Shown one piece after another: positions 30,801-39,748 of a DNA stretch of 64,000 nt. This DNA comes from a virus (taxonomy: Duplodnaviria > Caudoviricetes). Position 1 is the first letter of the stretch, and each line of letters starts with the position of its first letter. Under the pieces are notes generated by a model that had not been told where the DNA came from, did no database searches, and worked only from the letters and a program-made list of their open reading frames with translations. The stretch lies in the IMG/VR virus record IMGVR_UViG_3300022752_000013. One strand, given 5' to 3'. The position numbers and the translations under genes were made by a program.

Positions 30801-33780
30801 TGCCAATACCTACATCAACAACTTGGCGAGTCCAGCACAAGCGGCAGATGCCGCCACCAAAGAATATGTTGACAACTTTGCGGCGCAAGGAATCACATAT
30901 CACTCACCAGTGAGTGCTGCCACCACAACCACATTGGCCACAACCACAGGTGGTGCAATTACCTATGCCCAGCCCAATGGAGCCGCCAATGGTGTTGGTG
31001 CAACTCTAACAACTACCACAACGTTCAATTTGATTGACACAGTAAACGTTCAGACCTTAGGAACTCGTATCCTGGTCAAGAACGAAGGCAACGCTGTATT
31101 CAATGGTATCTATACCTGGTCAAATGCCACTGTTATTGTGCGTTCAACTGACGCTGATGAATATGGCTCAAACAGTTCAGAACAACTGAGTCTAAACGAC
31201 TATTTCTTTGTGTCAAACGGCAACGTCAACATTGGCAGTGCTTTTGTTGTTAATGCACCTGCCGGTACAATCACGTTTGGTACGTCAAACATTACATTTG
31301 CTCAGTTTAGTTCAAGCCAGGTTTACACAGCCAACACTGCCGCAGGTCTAAGTTTAACTGGTACCGTGTTCTCGGCCAAGGTAGATAACACTACCACTGC
31401 CTTTGATGGCACAGGTAACATCATTGTCAAAGCATCAGCCGCGTTGACCACACCCAACATTGGTGCCGCAACAGGTACAAGTTTGAGTGTTACAGGCAAC
31501 GTCACTGGCGCTAACTTAAACACTGGTGGATTGATCACAGCAACTGGTAATGTAACTGCTGGTAACCTATTAACTGCTGGACTAATTAGTGCCTCAAGTA
31601 CTATTACTGGTACAAGTCATTTGGGTGCAGTTGTATCTGTAACAGCCAACGTCACAGCCGGTAATATCTTAACTGGTGGTTTGATTAGTGCCACAGCCAA
31701 CGTCACAGCCGGTAATATCTTAACTGGTGGATTAGTATCAGCCACAGCCAACGTTATAGCCAACAATGGTATGTTCACCACGATTGTGAACACAGCCAGT
31801 TTCACTGGTGGCATTGTATCAGTAACTGGTAACGTCACCGCCAACAACGGCATATTCACCACAATTGTGAACACAGCCAGTTTCACTGGTGGTATAGTAT
31901 CAGTCACAGGTAATGTAACAGCCAACAATGGTATGTTTACTAATATTGTGAACGTGGCCAGTCATACAGGTGGCCTTGTTTCTGTTACTGGTAACGTAAC
32001 TGCCAACAACGGCATATTCACCACAATTGTAAACACAGCATCACATACAGGTACTATCGTATCTGTAACAGGCAACGTCACAGCCGGTAACATCTTAACA
32101 GGTGGTTTGGTCAGCGCCACTGCTAATATTACTGGTGGCAACATTCTAAGTAATGCACAACTGAGTGTGGTCGGTAACATTGTTCAAAGTGCCGCAAACT
32201 CGTTTATTGCTCACAGTTATGCGCAAACACTCACAGGTAACGGTACTGTACAAGCCAACGCTTATGTAATTACAGCAACCAACAACCAGTTTACTACTGT
32301 AGCATCAGGAGCCGGTGCTATATTGCCAGCAGGATTGCCGGGTCAAATTGTGTTTGTGGCCAACGACTCTACAGCAAATGCTTTGTTGATATACCCACCA
32401 GTTGGCGGATTAATCGACCAGGCTGCAGCCAACGCCGCAATTTCAGTCAGCCCTCTTGGCATGTGGATGGGTACAGCACTTGGTGCAAACGTATGGACCA
32501 CAATCAGTCCAGACACTCTTGGTACTACCAACCAAATTACAGCAACACAAGGCAATGGTGTAGTAACCATTGCTCTTGCAACTAGTCCGTCAGTAAGTGG
32601 CAACATCACCGGTGGTAACATATTAACAGGTGGTTTGATCAGTGCCACTGCCAACGTGATCGCCAACAACGGAATATTCACCAACATAGTAAACACTGCT
32701 AGTTTCACTGGTGGACTTGTATCGGTTACTGGTAACGTAACTGCCAACAATGGCATGTTCACCACGATTGTGAACGTGGCCAGCCACACAGGTGCTGTGG
32801 TATCAGTTACAGGCAACGTAACAGGTGGCAACTTATTAACTGGTGGCCTGGTCAGTGCTACAGGCAACGTTACAGGTGGAAATATTATTACCAGCGGCAC
32901 GGGTGGAAATATTTCAGGCGCCAACATAATTTCTGCCACCACATTCAGTGCTACAGGCAACGTTATAAGTGGCAATATCTTGACAGGTGGCCTGATATCA
33001 GCAACATCAACTATAACTTCAGCAGCCAACATAACAGGTGGAAACATCTTAACTGGTGGCTTGATATCAGCAACAAGTACGGTAACTGGATCATCGTTTA
33101 ATGGTGCTGGAACTGGATTGACTGGAACAGCGGCATCGTTAACTGTGGGCAGTGCAACCACTGCAACCACGGCAGGCACAGTGACCACAGCCGCACAACC
33201 AAACATCACAAGTGTTGGCACACTGACTTCGGTCACTGTTAGTGGCAATGCCACTGGCGGCAATTTGTTAACTGCCGGATTGATTTCAGCAACTGGTAAC
33301 GTGACCGGCGGTAACATATTGACTGCTGGATTAATTTCAGCGGCCAGTACCATAACCGGCACAAGTTTCTTGGGTGCAGTAGTATCTACAACTGGCAACG
33401 TAACCGGTGGCAATATCTTAACTGCTGGTGTAGTATCAGCAACCGGCAACGTCTCTGGTAATTTCTTTATTGGTAATGGTGCGTTTTTAACCGGACTCAG
33501 TGCAGGATCTGCTTCTAACATTGCCAATGGTGCTACGACTATTACTATTCCAGTTGCTTCGGGCAACATAGCAATGAGTGTGGCAGGGCAGTCAAACACT
33601 GTGGTTATTAACCTGGGTAGTTTTACCATGTACGGTACATTTGCCGGGCCAAAAACACTGGCAGCAAACGTGGCTGTGGCAGATGCAGTAAATGCTATGC
33701 TAATAGGGCCAGTTACATTGGGCAACGGGTTTAACATTTCAGTGCCTAATTCGTCAACATTATATGTTTACGCACCATAA
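27898..33780 (+). CDS. Giant repeat fibre (1960 aa)
   Basis: N-terminus paralogous to 22848 (M.FP.SPTNGQ.TVVN.VSYQYS); 17/23/27-aa repeats; shared DAATKxYVD domain. Confidence 0.78.
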   Translation: MAFPTSPTNGQITVVNNVSYQYSNVSNAWTRVLSTANIITANTIVSNGYISAAGNILTGNYFIGNGSLLTGIATGTPTQIVSGTSNVSVVSSGGNVTVGVGGTSNVAVFATTGEYVTGIVSASGNIISAANITGGNLLTAGLVSVTGTLSVSGATTLANLSAGNISSGSISSGGAISASGNITGGNLSGTNIVGTLTTAAQTNITSVGTLGSLAVTANVTGGNILTAGLVSATGNVTGNFFIGNGSQLTGIATGTPTQIVSGTSNVSVVSSGGNVSIGIGGTSNVAVFATTGEYVTGLISASGNITGGNVLTGGLISATSTITSAANITGGNVLTGGLVSATANITGGNVLTGGLASATGNITGGNLLTAGLVSATANITGGNVLTAGIISATGTITTAGNISLTGNIVDIGELWINTSANGNINLNANGTGQINIPVGILSVTSNIQGGNLRTAGLVSATANITGGNLLTAGLISATSTVTGSSFLGTVVSVTANITGGNLLTGGLISATSTVTSAANITGGNLLTGGLVSATANITGGNILTGGIISAVGNITAGTGNFFIGNGSQLTGINASTSGFPITAGNSNIAATANGNIAITVGGTANVSVFATTGQYITGLISANGNVTGGNILTGGLVSATANVTGGNLLFGSGVVSGTGNVYANNGIFTTIVNTASFTGSIVSVTANVTAGNILTGGLVSATANVTGGNILTGGLVSATANVVANNGMFTTIVNVASFTGSIVSVTANVTGGNILTGGLVSAAANVTANNGMFTTIVNTASFTGGLVSVTGNVTANNGMFTNIVNVASHTGAVVSVSGNVTGGNILTGGLVSATANVIANNGMFTNIVNVASFTGGLVSVTGNVTANNGMFTTIVNTASFTGSVASLSGNVTGGNVLTAGLISATSTITSSANITGGNLLTGGLASVTGNVIAGNVNTSTVRPTSGALTLSTASGNLNLNPAGNIVLSANTYINNLASPAQAADAATKEYVDNFAAQGITYHSPVSAATTTTLATTTGGAITYAQPNGAANGVGATLTTTTTFNLIDTVNVQTLGTRILVKNEGNAVFNGIYTWSNATVIVRSTDADEYGSNSSEQLSLNDYFFVSNGNVNIGSAFVVNAPAGTITFGTSNITFAQFSSSQVYTANTAAGLSLTGTVFSAKVDNTTTAFDGTGNIIVKASAALTTPNIGAATGTSLSVTGNVTGANLNTGGLITATGNVTAGNLLTAGLISASSTITGTSHLGAVVSVTANVTAGNILTGGLISATANVTAGNILTGGLVSATANVIANNGMFTTIVNTASFTGGIVSVTGNVTANNGIFTTIVNTASFTGGIVSVTGNVTANNGMFTNIVNVASHTGGLVSVTGNVTANNGIFTTIVNTASHTGTIVSVTGNVTAGNILTGGLVSATANITGGNILSNAQLSVVGNIVQSAANSFIAHSYAQTLTGNGTVQANAYVITATNNQFTTVASGAGAILPAGLPGQIVFVANDSTANALLIYPPVGGLIDQAAANAAISVSPLGMWMGTALGANVWTTISPDTLGTTNQITATQGNGVVTIALATSPSVSGNITGGNILTGGLISATANVIANNGIFTNIVNTASFTGGLVSVTGNVTANNGMFTTIVNVASHTGAVVSVTGNVTGGNLLTGGLVSATGNVTGGNIITSGTGGNISGANIISATTFSATGNVISGNILTGGLISATSTITSAANITGGNILTGGLISATSTVTGSSFNGAGTGLTGTAASLTVGSATTATTAGTVTTAAQPNITSVGTLTSVTVSGNATGGNLLTAGLISATGNVTGGNILTAGLISAASTITGTSFLGAVVSTTGNVTGGNILTAGVVSATGNVSGNFFIGNGAFLTGLSAGSASNIANGATTITIPVASGNIAMSVAGQSNTVVINLGSFTMYGTFAGPKTLAANVAVADAVNAMLIGPVTLGNGFNISVPNSSTLYVYAP
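31759..32082 (+). repeat. 81-bp (27-aa) tandem repeat, 4 copies
   Basis: gccaacaa(t/c)gg at 31759, 31840, 31921, 32002; unit ANNG(M/I)FT.IVN.AS(F/H)TGG.VSVTGNVT. Confidence 0.9.
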
Positions 33781-33801
33781 ATACAAGCGAGGATAATTTT
33801 C

Positions 33802-34479
33802 ATGGCATTAACACTAGACGGCACAACAGGTATTTCGGCTTCGGGCAACATTACAGGCGGTAATGTTATTGCCAGTGGCTCTTTGATTGTGGGTTCTTTT
33901 CTACCAACATCTGTTTCTGCTACAGGCAACATCACAGGCGCTAATTTAATTATCAACGGCACAGCCGCCGCTGGTAGTGGTGTACTAATTGTGTCTGGCA
34001 ACATTCAGACCAGTACCTCAAACGCCACATCCAATATTGGCAATGCCAGCAACTATTTCAACAGACTGTTTGCTCAAGCAACCACAGCACTGTATGCTGA
34101 CTTGGCCGAGATTTATAAGGCCGATGCTCAATATCCCCCAGGTACTGTGGTAGTGTTTGGTGGCACACAAGAAGTTACTATGAGCACTGTGACTCATGAC
34201 AACAAGATTGCTGGGGTAGTATCTACACATCCTGCTCATGTGATGAATTCAGGACTGCAATCTGAATTCACAGTGGAAGTGGGTCTAATAGGCCGTGTGC
34301 CATGCCGTGTGATTGGCCCAATTGAGGCAGGTGATCGTGTGGTGTCCAGCAACCGTGCTGGTGTGGCCGAACGCTTGGATATGTCACAATATCAACCAGG
34401 CGTGATCATTGGCAAAGCATTACAAAGTTACTCCAGCACCGATGTTGGTACAATTGAAGTTGTGGTTGGCAGACTATAA
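33802..34479 (+). CDS. Short fibre protein with Peptidase G2-like chaperone domain
   Basis: NIGNASNYFNRLFAQATTALYADLAE nearly identical to the C-terminus of 22848..27887. Confidence 0.72.
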   Translation: MALTLDGTTGISASGNITGGNVIASGSLIVGSFLPTSVSATGNITGANLIINGTAAAGSGVLIVSGNIQTSTSNATSNIGNASNYFNRLFAQATTALYADLAEIYKADAQYPPGTVVVFGGTQEVTMSTVTHDNKIAGVVSTHPAHVMNSGLQSEFTVEVGLIGRVPCRVIGPIEAGDRVVSSNRAGVAERLDMSQYQPGVIIGKALQSYSSTDVGTIEVVVGRL

Positions 34480-34902
34480 AGTCTGTTCCACTTGTTGAAT
34501 CTTTTGCTGAACAGCATCCAAATTCACAGTGTTCCAAAGTCCAGGATGCAAGGGCCTTGGCCAACGCCCTGATTCAATCCAGGCATAGCCTGTGTGTTCG
34601 TGATTTAGATCCGGCACAAATTCATAGTCTACTCTACACCAAAAAGTATGATACTCAAACACACCATCTGGTGAAGTGAATTTTTCTATGGGTATTAGAC
34701 GTTCGTAGTCAGGCACACTGCCCAGTTCTTCACTGCACTCGCGTTCCACTGCCACAAGAAGACTTTCTCCAGGCTCAACCTTGCCCCCGGCCAGGCCCCA
34801 GGTGTCAGGATACTTAGCGTCGTTTCTCAACAGATAGAGATATCGTTGTGTTCTTGCACAGTAGAACCAAACGCCCACAGCCTCTACAGTATTAGATTCC
34901 AT
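34474..34902 (-). CDS. NUDIX hydrolase
   Basis: Nudix box GGKVEPGESLLVAVERECSEELG. Confidence 0.93.
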   Translation of the reverse strand: MESNTVEAVGVWFYCARTQRYLYLLRNDAKYPDTWGLAGGKVEPGESLLVAVERECSEELGSVPDYERLIPIEKFTSPDGVFEYHTFWCRVDYEFVPDLNHEHTGYAWIESGRWPRPLHPGLWNTVNLDAVQQKIQQVEQTL

Positions 34903-36314
34903 GCACCTCCAGCATACAAGCCATCAATACTTTTGACCCAGGCGCCACCAGTTGTGCCACCAGTCCATTTGTACTGTATGCTTGTGGTAAGGTTGGTCAC
35001 ATACTGTACTTCTGTGGATGTTTGACTGTTAAATGCTATTTGCCAACGCACACCGTTGAACTCAATGATGTCATTGGCATTTGCCAGCAAAGGTTGCCCT
35101 CCGGCGCCTAGCCAGGCACTGGGATTTTGAGCATTGTCAGTATTGCCGGTGGATTCAGTAATCAAATAGCGTTGACCCAATGCCGGCGCTGGCAATCCAT
35201 TGTTGGGCCCACTCAGTAAGGGATTGATCACTGAAGCAACTGGTAGCAAAGTATTTTGTGGAGCAGTGTCAGGGTCAATGTTGAAGATAAACAATCTATC
35301 ATCAGCAGGATTCAAGGTGACTGTGCCTACAATACTTGAATCAGGATTCCAAGGATTGTCCAGAGTGATATAACTGATACCAGGTCTTAGTACACCATAT
35401 GTCTCAACCACAGCAGGCCAAGTTATCTGTGGATTTTCCACAATAGGAAATGTAAACGGTGACAAACTCAATCTGTTGGGCACAACCACTTCAGCCGGTT
35501 GTAATATTTGTAATTGTCCAGTATTAGGTCCGTCCAACAACAATAGCACTTGATAGTTCCATGGTGTGACCTTGAGCCTTGTGCCCAGCAACAAATCGTT
35601 GTCCAGGATAGCATTGGCAGCATCACCATTGGCATCAAATATACTTGCAATCACACGCTCAACCACGCCCAGTTTCTTGACCTTGGCAGGTGAGGATATC
35701 CAGATAGGAATACCAAATGTCAAAGTCATGATGTCTATGGGATTTTCTGTGTTCACAGGAATTGTTCTTGAACTCCAGTTTACTTTTTCCAAATCTACTA
35801 CGCTCAGACTGGTCCAGTCAATGTAGTTTTCTGAACTTTGAATCTCCAGACTGGGATTAAACAAAGTGGCAATTTGTTCAAACAATTGCATTTTTTGGTT
35901 GGTGTTACTTGTCCATATGTCCAGGTTAATGGTCATGCGATAAGGCACCGGCATCAGTCGTTCGATAGTAAATGCATTGCCTTGTGTGGTTTCGTATGTG
36001 TCGGTGGCCGAATCATAGGTACGTTGACGCACCTGCATCTTGTTCACATGATATGGCTCTTGCATTCTGGGACGATCATAGTCCAGGCCTGTGATATAAA
36101 ACGTCATCAGCGGAGTTGATGGCAACGCATTGGCTGAGTTCTGTTGCATGATAGTAGCGGCCTGACGTGAGGCATCGCCGTAGCGCACAGGCACACGCAC
36201 TAGATCTTTGATGCCTTGCTCGTTGCGCCCATACTCTACCTGGAACAAACTGACCATGCGTGTGAACTGTAGCAGATACCTGCGTATTTGTTCGTCGAAA
36301 AAGAATTGTTGCAT
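34884..36314 (-). CDS. gp15: Tail sheath stabiliser/completion protein, gp15-like, C-terminally extended
   Basis: FFDEQIRRYL, VPVRYG, LMPVPYRMTINLDIW, QLFEQIATLFNP motifs; follows the gp14-like gene. Confidence 0.78.
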   Translation of the reverse strand: MQQFFFDEQIRRYLLQFTRMVSLFQVEYGRNEQGIKDLVRVPVRYGDASRQAATIMQQNSANALPSTPLMTFYITGLDYDRPRMQEPYHVNKMQVRQRTYDSATDTYETTQGNAFTIERLMPVPYRMTINLDIWTSNTNQKMQLFEQIATLFNPSLEIQSSENYIDWTSLSVVDLEKVNWSSRTIPVNTENPIDIMTLTFGIPIWISSPAKVKKLGVVERVIASIFDANGDAANAILDNDLLLGTRLKVTPWNYQVLLLLDGPNTGQLQILQPAEVVVPNRLSLSPFTFPIVENPQITWPAVVETYGVLRPGISYITLDNPWNPDSSIVGTVTLNPADDRLFIFNIDPDTAPQNTLLPVASVINPLLSGPNNGLPAPALGQRYLITESTGNTDNAQNPSAWLGAGGQPLLANANDIIEFNGVRWQIAFNSQTSTEVQYVTNLTTSIQYKWTGGTTGGAWVKSIDGLYAGGAWNLIL

Positions 36315-36317
36315 AGA

Positions 36318-37691
36318 TTAACTGGATGGTTGATACGGTTGTGTTGGCGGATACGGATTGGGATCTTTATTACCCCCGTCATCGCCGTTGCTCAAATTGG
36401 GTTGTAACGCCTGGCTCAAACTTTGACGACTTGGAATGTTGCCCATGTCTGAAGTTGGCGTAGTGTATGTATTGTTAACGAAACTGGACCGTAAAGTATT
36501 GTTGGTGGCACCAGGTGTGAGTTGAGTGCGCACGTCGCTTTCAATCTTGACCCATGATCTGCCATTATATCGGAACAATCGGTTGGGAAAGTAGTCCAAA
36601 CGTAGCGCATACTGTCCGGCAATAGGAGTTGGGGGGAAGTTTACTCCTGCGGTGACAGGCAAACCATTGGGAGTTTTGCCATCGCCTGTGAGATAACCTG
36701 CTGTGTAACCATCGCTCCGCGGTGAGTTGCCATCGTTGGCCACTGTTCTTGATGCATCGCTTAGAGTGTAGTCTGCTGTGTATGTGGCTGATGTAGGATT
36801 AGCAGGTGTGCCATCTGAGTTGGTGGCCACAATGTAAAATTTCACAACATCAAAACCAGACTTGGGTATTTCGGCTTCGGCCTGGATCAAAATAGCATCG
36901 TTGATTTCCAAGTCCTTGGGTCTAGTACTCATCTTGTCTGCTAGTGTAGCAGGGTTTGATTTTTCTTGCCAGTATTGTGTATTGGTGATATCCGTGCCGG
37001 GCGGCACATTTTTAGTGCTGATATAATATTTGTCGCCGTAGAGCACAGTGGTACCACCTGGATAAAAATTACCTGGATCCCAAATGTTAATGGGTTCAAA
37101 CGGTTCCTTGGTAATCTCGTTAAATTCTTGAGCGTTGACCATGGGCGTGCATTTTACTCGCCACAAGTGAGGCAACCAAGTTTGACTGAAACCTTCTGAC
37201 GCAAATGCCGCGTCTTGTATCACATAGAATCTTGGCAATGCTCTGGGAATGGTTTCGTTGAGTGGATTGTAGTCACGCAGATTGGGCAGTTCCAACACAT
37301 CGCCACTCATGAGTTTGCGACCCATAGTGTCGATCATGCGATTGTAGTGGAATGTGATAAACAGGGTATCGTTGTTTAGGAACAGACCAAATTGTGTTAG
37401 GTCAAAGTCAATGTCTTGTGTTTGATACACACCACGCATGACATATATGTCAGGATCGTATTTGCGGTCTCGATTTTCCAACAACAGCAGGTCTTCAATA
37501 AACAGCGGGTTGGATTCTGTGTACTTGGGTAGGGTGGCATCATTGTCACCCTCGTTGTCATTGGTCAACGGGCCCATGTATTTGTGCAAATAACAATCGA
37601 CGCCGCCCACCTGGTACATTTCTGCAATAGTGCGATCGAAAAATTGATAGTCGGCTGTCCGGTTGGGCCTATAAAGTGAAAGTCTTGGCAT
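36318..37691 (-). CDS. gp14: Neck protein, gp14-like
   Basis: IAEMYQVGGVDCYLHKY, IEDLLLLENRDRKYD, DLTQFGLFL, GDVLELP; TATAAATA on the minus strand at 37697-37704. Confidence 0.75.
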   Translation of the reverse strand: MPRLSLYRPNRTADYQFFDRTIAEMYQVGGVDCYLHKYMGPLTNDNEGDNDATLPKYTESNPLFIEDLLLLENRDRKYDPDIYVMRGVYQTQDIDFDLTQFGLFLNNDTLFITFHYNRMIDTMGRKLMSGDVLELPNLRDYNPLNETIPRALPRFYVIQDAAFASEGFSQTWLPHLWRVKCTPMVNAQEFNEITKEPFEPINIWDPGNFYPGGTTVLYGDKYYISTKNVPPGTDITNTQYWQEKSNPATLADKMSTRPKDLEINDAILIQAEAEIPKSGFDVVKFYIVATNSDGTPANPTSATYTADYTLSDASRTVANDGNSPRSDGYTAGYLTGDGKTPNGLPVTAGVNFPPTPIAGQYALRLDYFPNRLFRYNGRSWVKIESDVRTQLTPGATNNTLRSSFVNNTYTTPTSDMGNIPSRQSLSQALQPNLSNGDDGGNKDPNPYPPTQPYQPSS

Positions 37692-37723
37692 AGTAGTATT
37701 TATAGGTAATACTTTCTGTTTAC

Positions 37724-37752
37724 TTGACCAAAAAACCTGGATCTGCTATAAT
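37724..37752 (+). promoter_or_regulatory. Sigma70-type (early) promoter
   Basis: TTGACC-17 nt-TATAAT; GGAGA SD at 37766-37770. Confidence 0.85.
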
Positions 37753-37774
37753 TACAACATACTTTGGAGAACAC

Positions 37775-38911
37775 ATGAAAGTCACTGCCACACTCAAGCC
37801 ACTTAACCCACGTAGCCCTGACACAAAATATGTGGGACTGGAACCCACTTGGCGTAACCAACCCACAGAGGGTCGTATCAGTGCTTTGAGCAATGCGTTT
37901 GGTTGGTACAATTACTTTTATGGCAAAAAAGAAGCCAAGGACTTTGCAGTGGCTTACTTGGACTATCATGACAAAACTCGGGAAGCACGACAGGTGCGCA
38001 CTTTGCCAGACAGTCAAATGCGTCTTACCACAGGTTGGCTGTGCCGCATGAGTATGATGGGCTTGCAGTTGAGCGATCACGAACAAATACAACTGGACAA
38101 TCTAATCGCAGAACTAGTGGCCATCAAACAAGAAATACAAGCAGATGCACAAGTGTCAGATGACGAGCCTGCCCGACCCAACATTCAAGACCGACTCCGC
38201 GAAAAAGTAAGTGAATGCAGTGCTGAACTTGAAGCCATGTTTGATGAGTTCATGACTGCAGGTGCAAAAATGTCCGCAGACTTCAAACCCATCATGGTGA
38301 TCCGTGGCATGAATGTGGCTCCACAAATGATCAGTGTTATCAGCCATCACTGGAAAGGCCGCTTGGAAGAGTTTGAACAGGCCATTGAGGGCAAGGACTC
38401 ACAACTGGTGGAAGCCTACAATTTCCTGACCCGGATTCAATTGCGCAATTGTGTGAAGTTTTGTGAAGCAGTGATCAACGACTGCGGTGCTTATGTACAG
38501 ATCAAGAAGGTTGAGCGCAAGCCACGCAAGGTCAAGACAGTACCCCCAGAAAAACGTGCCGCAAAATTCAAGATTCAAGCAGAGTTTGTAGAACTCAAAC
38601 TAAAGAGTCTATCGCCCGCAAGCCTGGTGGACAAGGCCGAAGCCTGGTTGTACGATACCAAGAAACGCAAATTGATCCATTTGGTTGCTGACAGCCACAC
38701 ACAGGCATTCACTGTCAAAAACAACAGCATCATTGGATTTAGCACAGTGGACACACAACAAAAGACCCTGCGTAAACCAGCGGACGTTGTGAAGGCCATA
38801 CAAGCCGCAGGCAAGCCAGCCGCACGTAAACTGTTCAAAGAAATCAAAGCCACAGAAACTGCCTGGAACGGGCGTGGCACAGAGAATCTGATCATTCTCA
38901 AGAGTTGGTAA
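37775..38911 (+). CDS. Hypothetical early protein (378 aa), basic C-terminal domain
   Basis: ATG 37775 after SD; no recognisable family. Confidence 0.75.
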   Translation: MKVTATLKPLNPRSPDTKYVGLEPTWRNQPTEGRISALSNAFGWYNYFYGKKEAKDFAVAYLDYHDKTREARQVRTLPDSQMRLTTGWLCRMSMMGLQLSDHEQIQLDNLIAELVAIKQEIQADAQVSDDEPARPNIQDRLREKVSECSAELEAMFDEFMTAGAKMSADFKPIMVIRGMNVAPQMISVISHHWKGRLEEFEQAIEGKDSQLVEAYNFLTRIQLRNCVKFCEAVINDCGAYVQIKKVERKPRKVKTVPPEKRAAKFKIQAEFVELKLKSLSPASLVDKAEAWLYDTKKRKLIHLVADSHTQAFTVKNNSIIGFSTVDTQQKTLRKPADVVKAIQAAGKPAARKLFKEIKATETAWNGRGTENLIILKSW

Positions 38912-38916
38912 CGGGC

Positions 38917-38944
38917 TAAATATTGGGGACGGAGTTCCCCAATG
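38917..38944 (+). promoter_or_regulatory. Late promoter overlapping a start-codon-sequestering hairpin
   Basis: TAAATA 38917-38922; ATTGGGGA/TCCCCAAT 8-bp stem with GGAG in the loop, covering AT of ATG 38942. Confidence 0.7.
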
Positions 38945-39706
38945 TCTGAAACAGAAAATTCTTTAACCACACTTAAATCTCAATTATACGATTATGTACG
39001 CCTGACACTGGGCGATCAAATTGTGGATCTTGAATTGGATCCTGCACACTATGAAGCCGCTTATCAGCGCACCGTTGGCACCTACAGACAACGAGCCAAC
39101 AATGCATATGAAGAAAGTTACAGTTTCATGCAGTTGGTCAATCAGGTAAACATTTACACACTACCGCAAGAAGTGCAAAGTGTACGTCAAATCTTCAAGC
39201 GATCGTTTGGTATTGCCACAGGACCTGGAAGTAACTTTGATCCTTTCAGTCAAGCACAGATGAACGTGTACCTGATCAACTTCAATGAAGCAGGTGGCCT
39301 GGCCACTTATGACTTCTACACACAGTATGTTGAGTTGGCCGCACGTATGTTTGGTGGTTTTTTAAACTACACTTGGAACCCGGTTACCAAGAAACTGCAA
39401 CTGATCCGTAATCCCTCCGGCGGTGGCGAAATTGTGTTGCTTTGGACTTATAACCTCAAACCTGAAATCCAATTGCTGAGTGATTACCAAATCCAACAGT
39501 GGATTCGTGACTACATGGTTGCGGCCTGCAAGATGATCATTGGCGAAGCACGTGAGAAGTTTGGCACCATTGCTGGACCGCAAGGCGGCAGCGTCCTAAA
39601 CGGCACAGCCATGAAAGCCGAGGCGCAGACTCAGATGGATGCCAAGATTCAAGAACTGGTCATGTATGTGGATGGATCACAACCACTTACCTTTGTAATC
39701 GGTTAA
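38942..39706 (+). CDS. gp13: Neck protein, gp13-like
   Basis: YVRLTLGDQIVDLELD; QQWIRDYMVAACKMIIGEAREKF..IAGPQGG..LNG..MKAEA. Confidence 0.85.
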   Translation: MSETENSLTTLKSQLYDYVRLTLGDQIVDLELDPAHYEAAYQRTVGTYRQRANNAYEESYSFMQLVNQVNIYTLPQEVQSVRQIFKRSFGIATGPGSNFDPFSQAQMNVYLINFNEAGGLATYDFYTQYVELAARMFGGFLNYTWNPVTKKLQLIRNPSGGGEIVLLWTYNLKPEIQLLSDYQIQQWIRDYMVAACKMIIGEAREKFGTIAGPQGGSVLNGTAMKAEAQTQMDAKIQELVMYVDGSQPLTFVIG

Positions 39707-39713
39707 AACGCAA

Positions 39714-39742
39714 TAGACAATCTATTGCAGTTGTGTTACAAT
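39714..39742 (+). promoter_or_regulatory. Sigma70-type promoter
   Basis: TAGACA-17 nt-TACAAT, 6 nt before ATG 39749. Confidence 0.65.
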
Positions 39743-39748
39743 TAACAC

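Noticed and set aside
13384-33737. Many long antisense ORFs (e.g. 28497..29729, 29736..30806, 32343..33737)
   Set aside because: Mirror images of the low-complexity Gly/Asn/Thr codon repeats on the sense strand, which rarely generate reverse stops; no SD or promoter support
22848-33780. Repeats as a CRISPR array
   Set aside because: Repeats are in-frame, degenerate at third positions, have no unique spacers, and no cas genes are present
12743-34479. Diversity-generating retroelement acting on fibres
   Set aside because: No reverse transcriptase in the window, and duplicated segments differ mainly at synonymous sites rather than specifically at adenines; an RT elsewhere in the genome cannot be excluded
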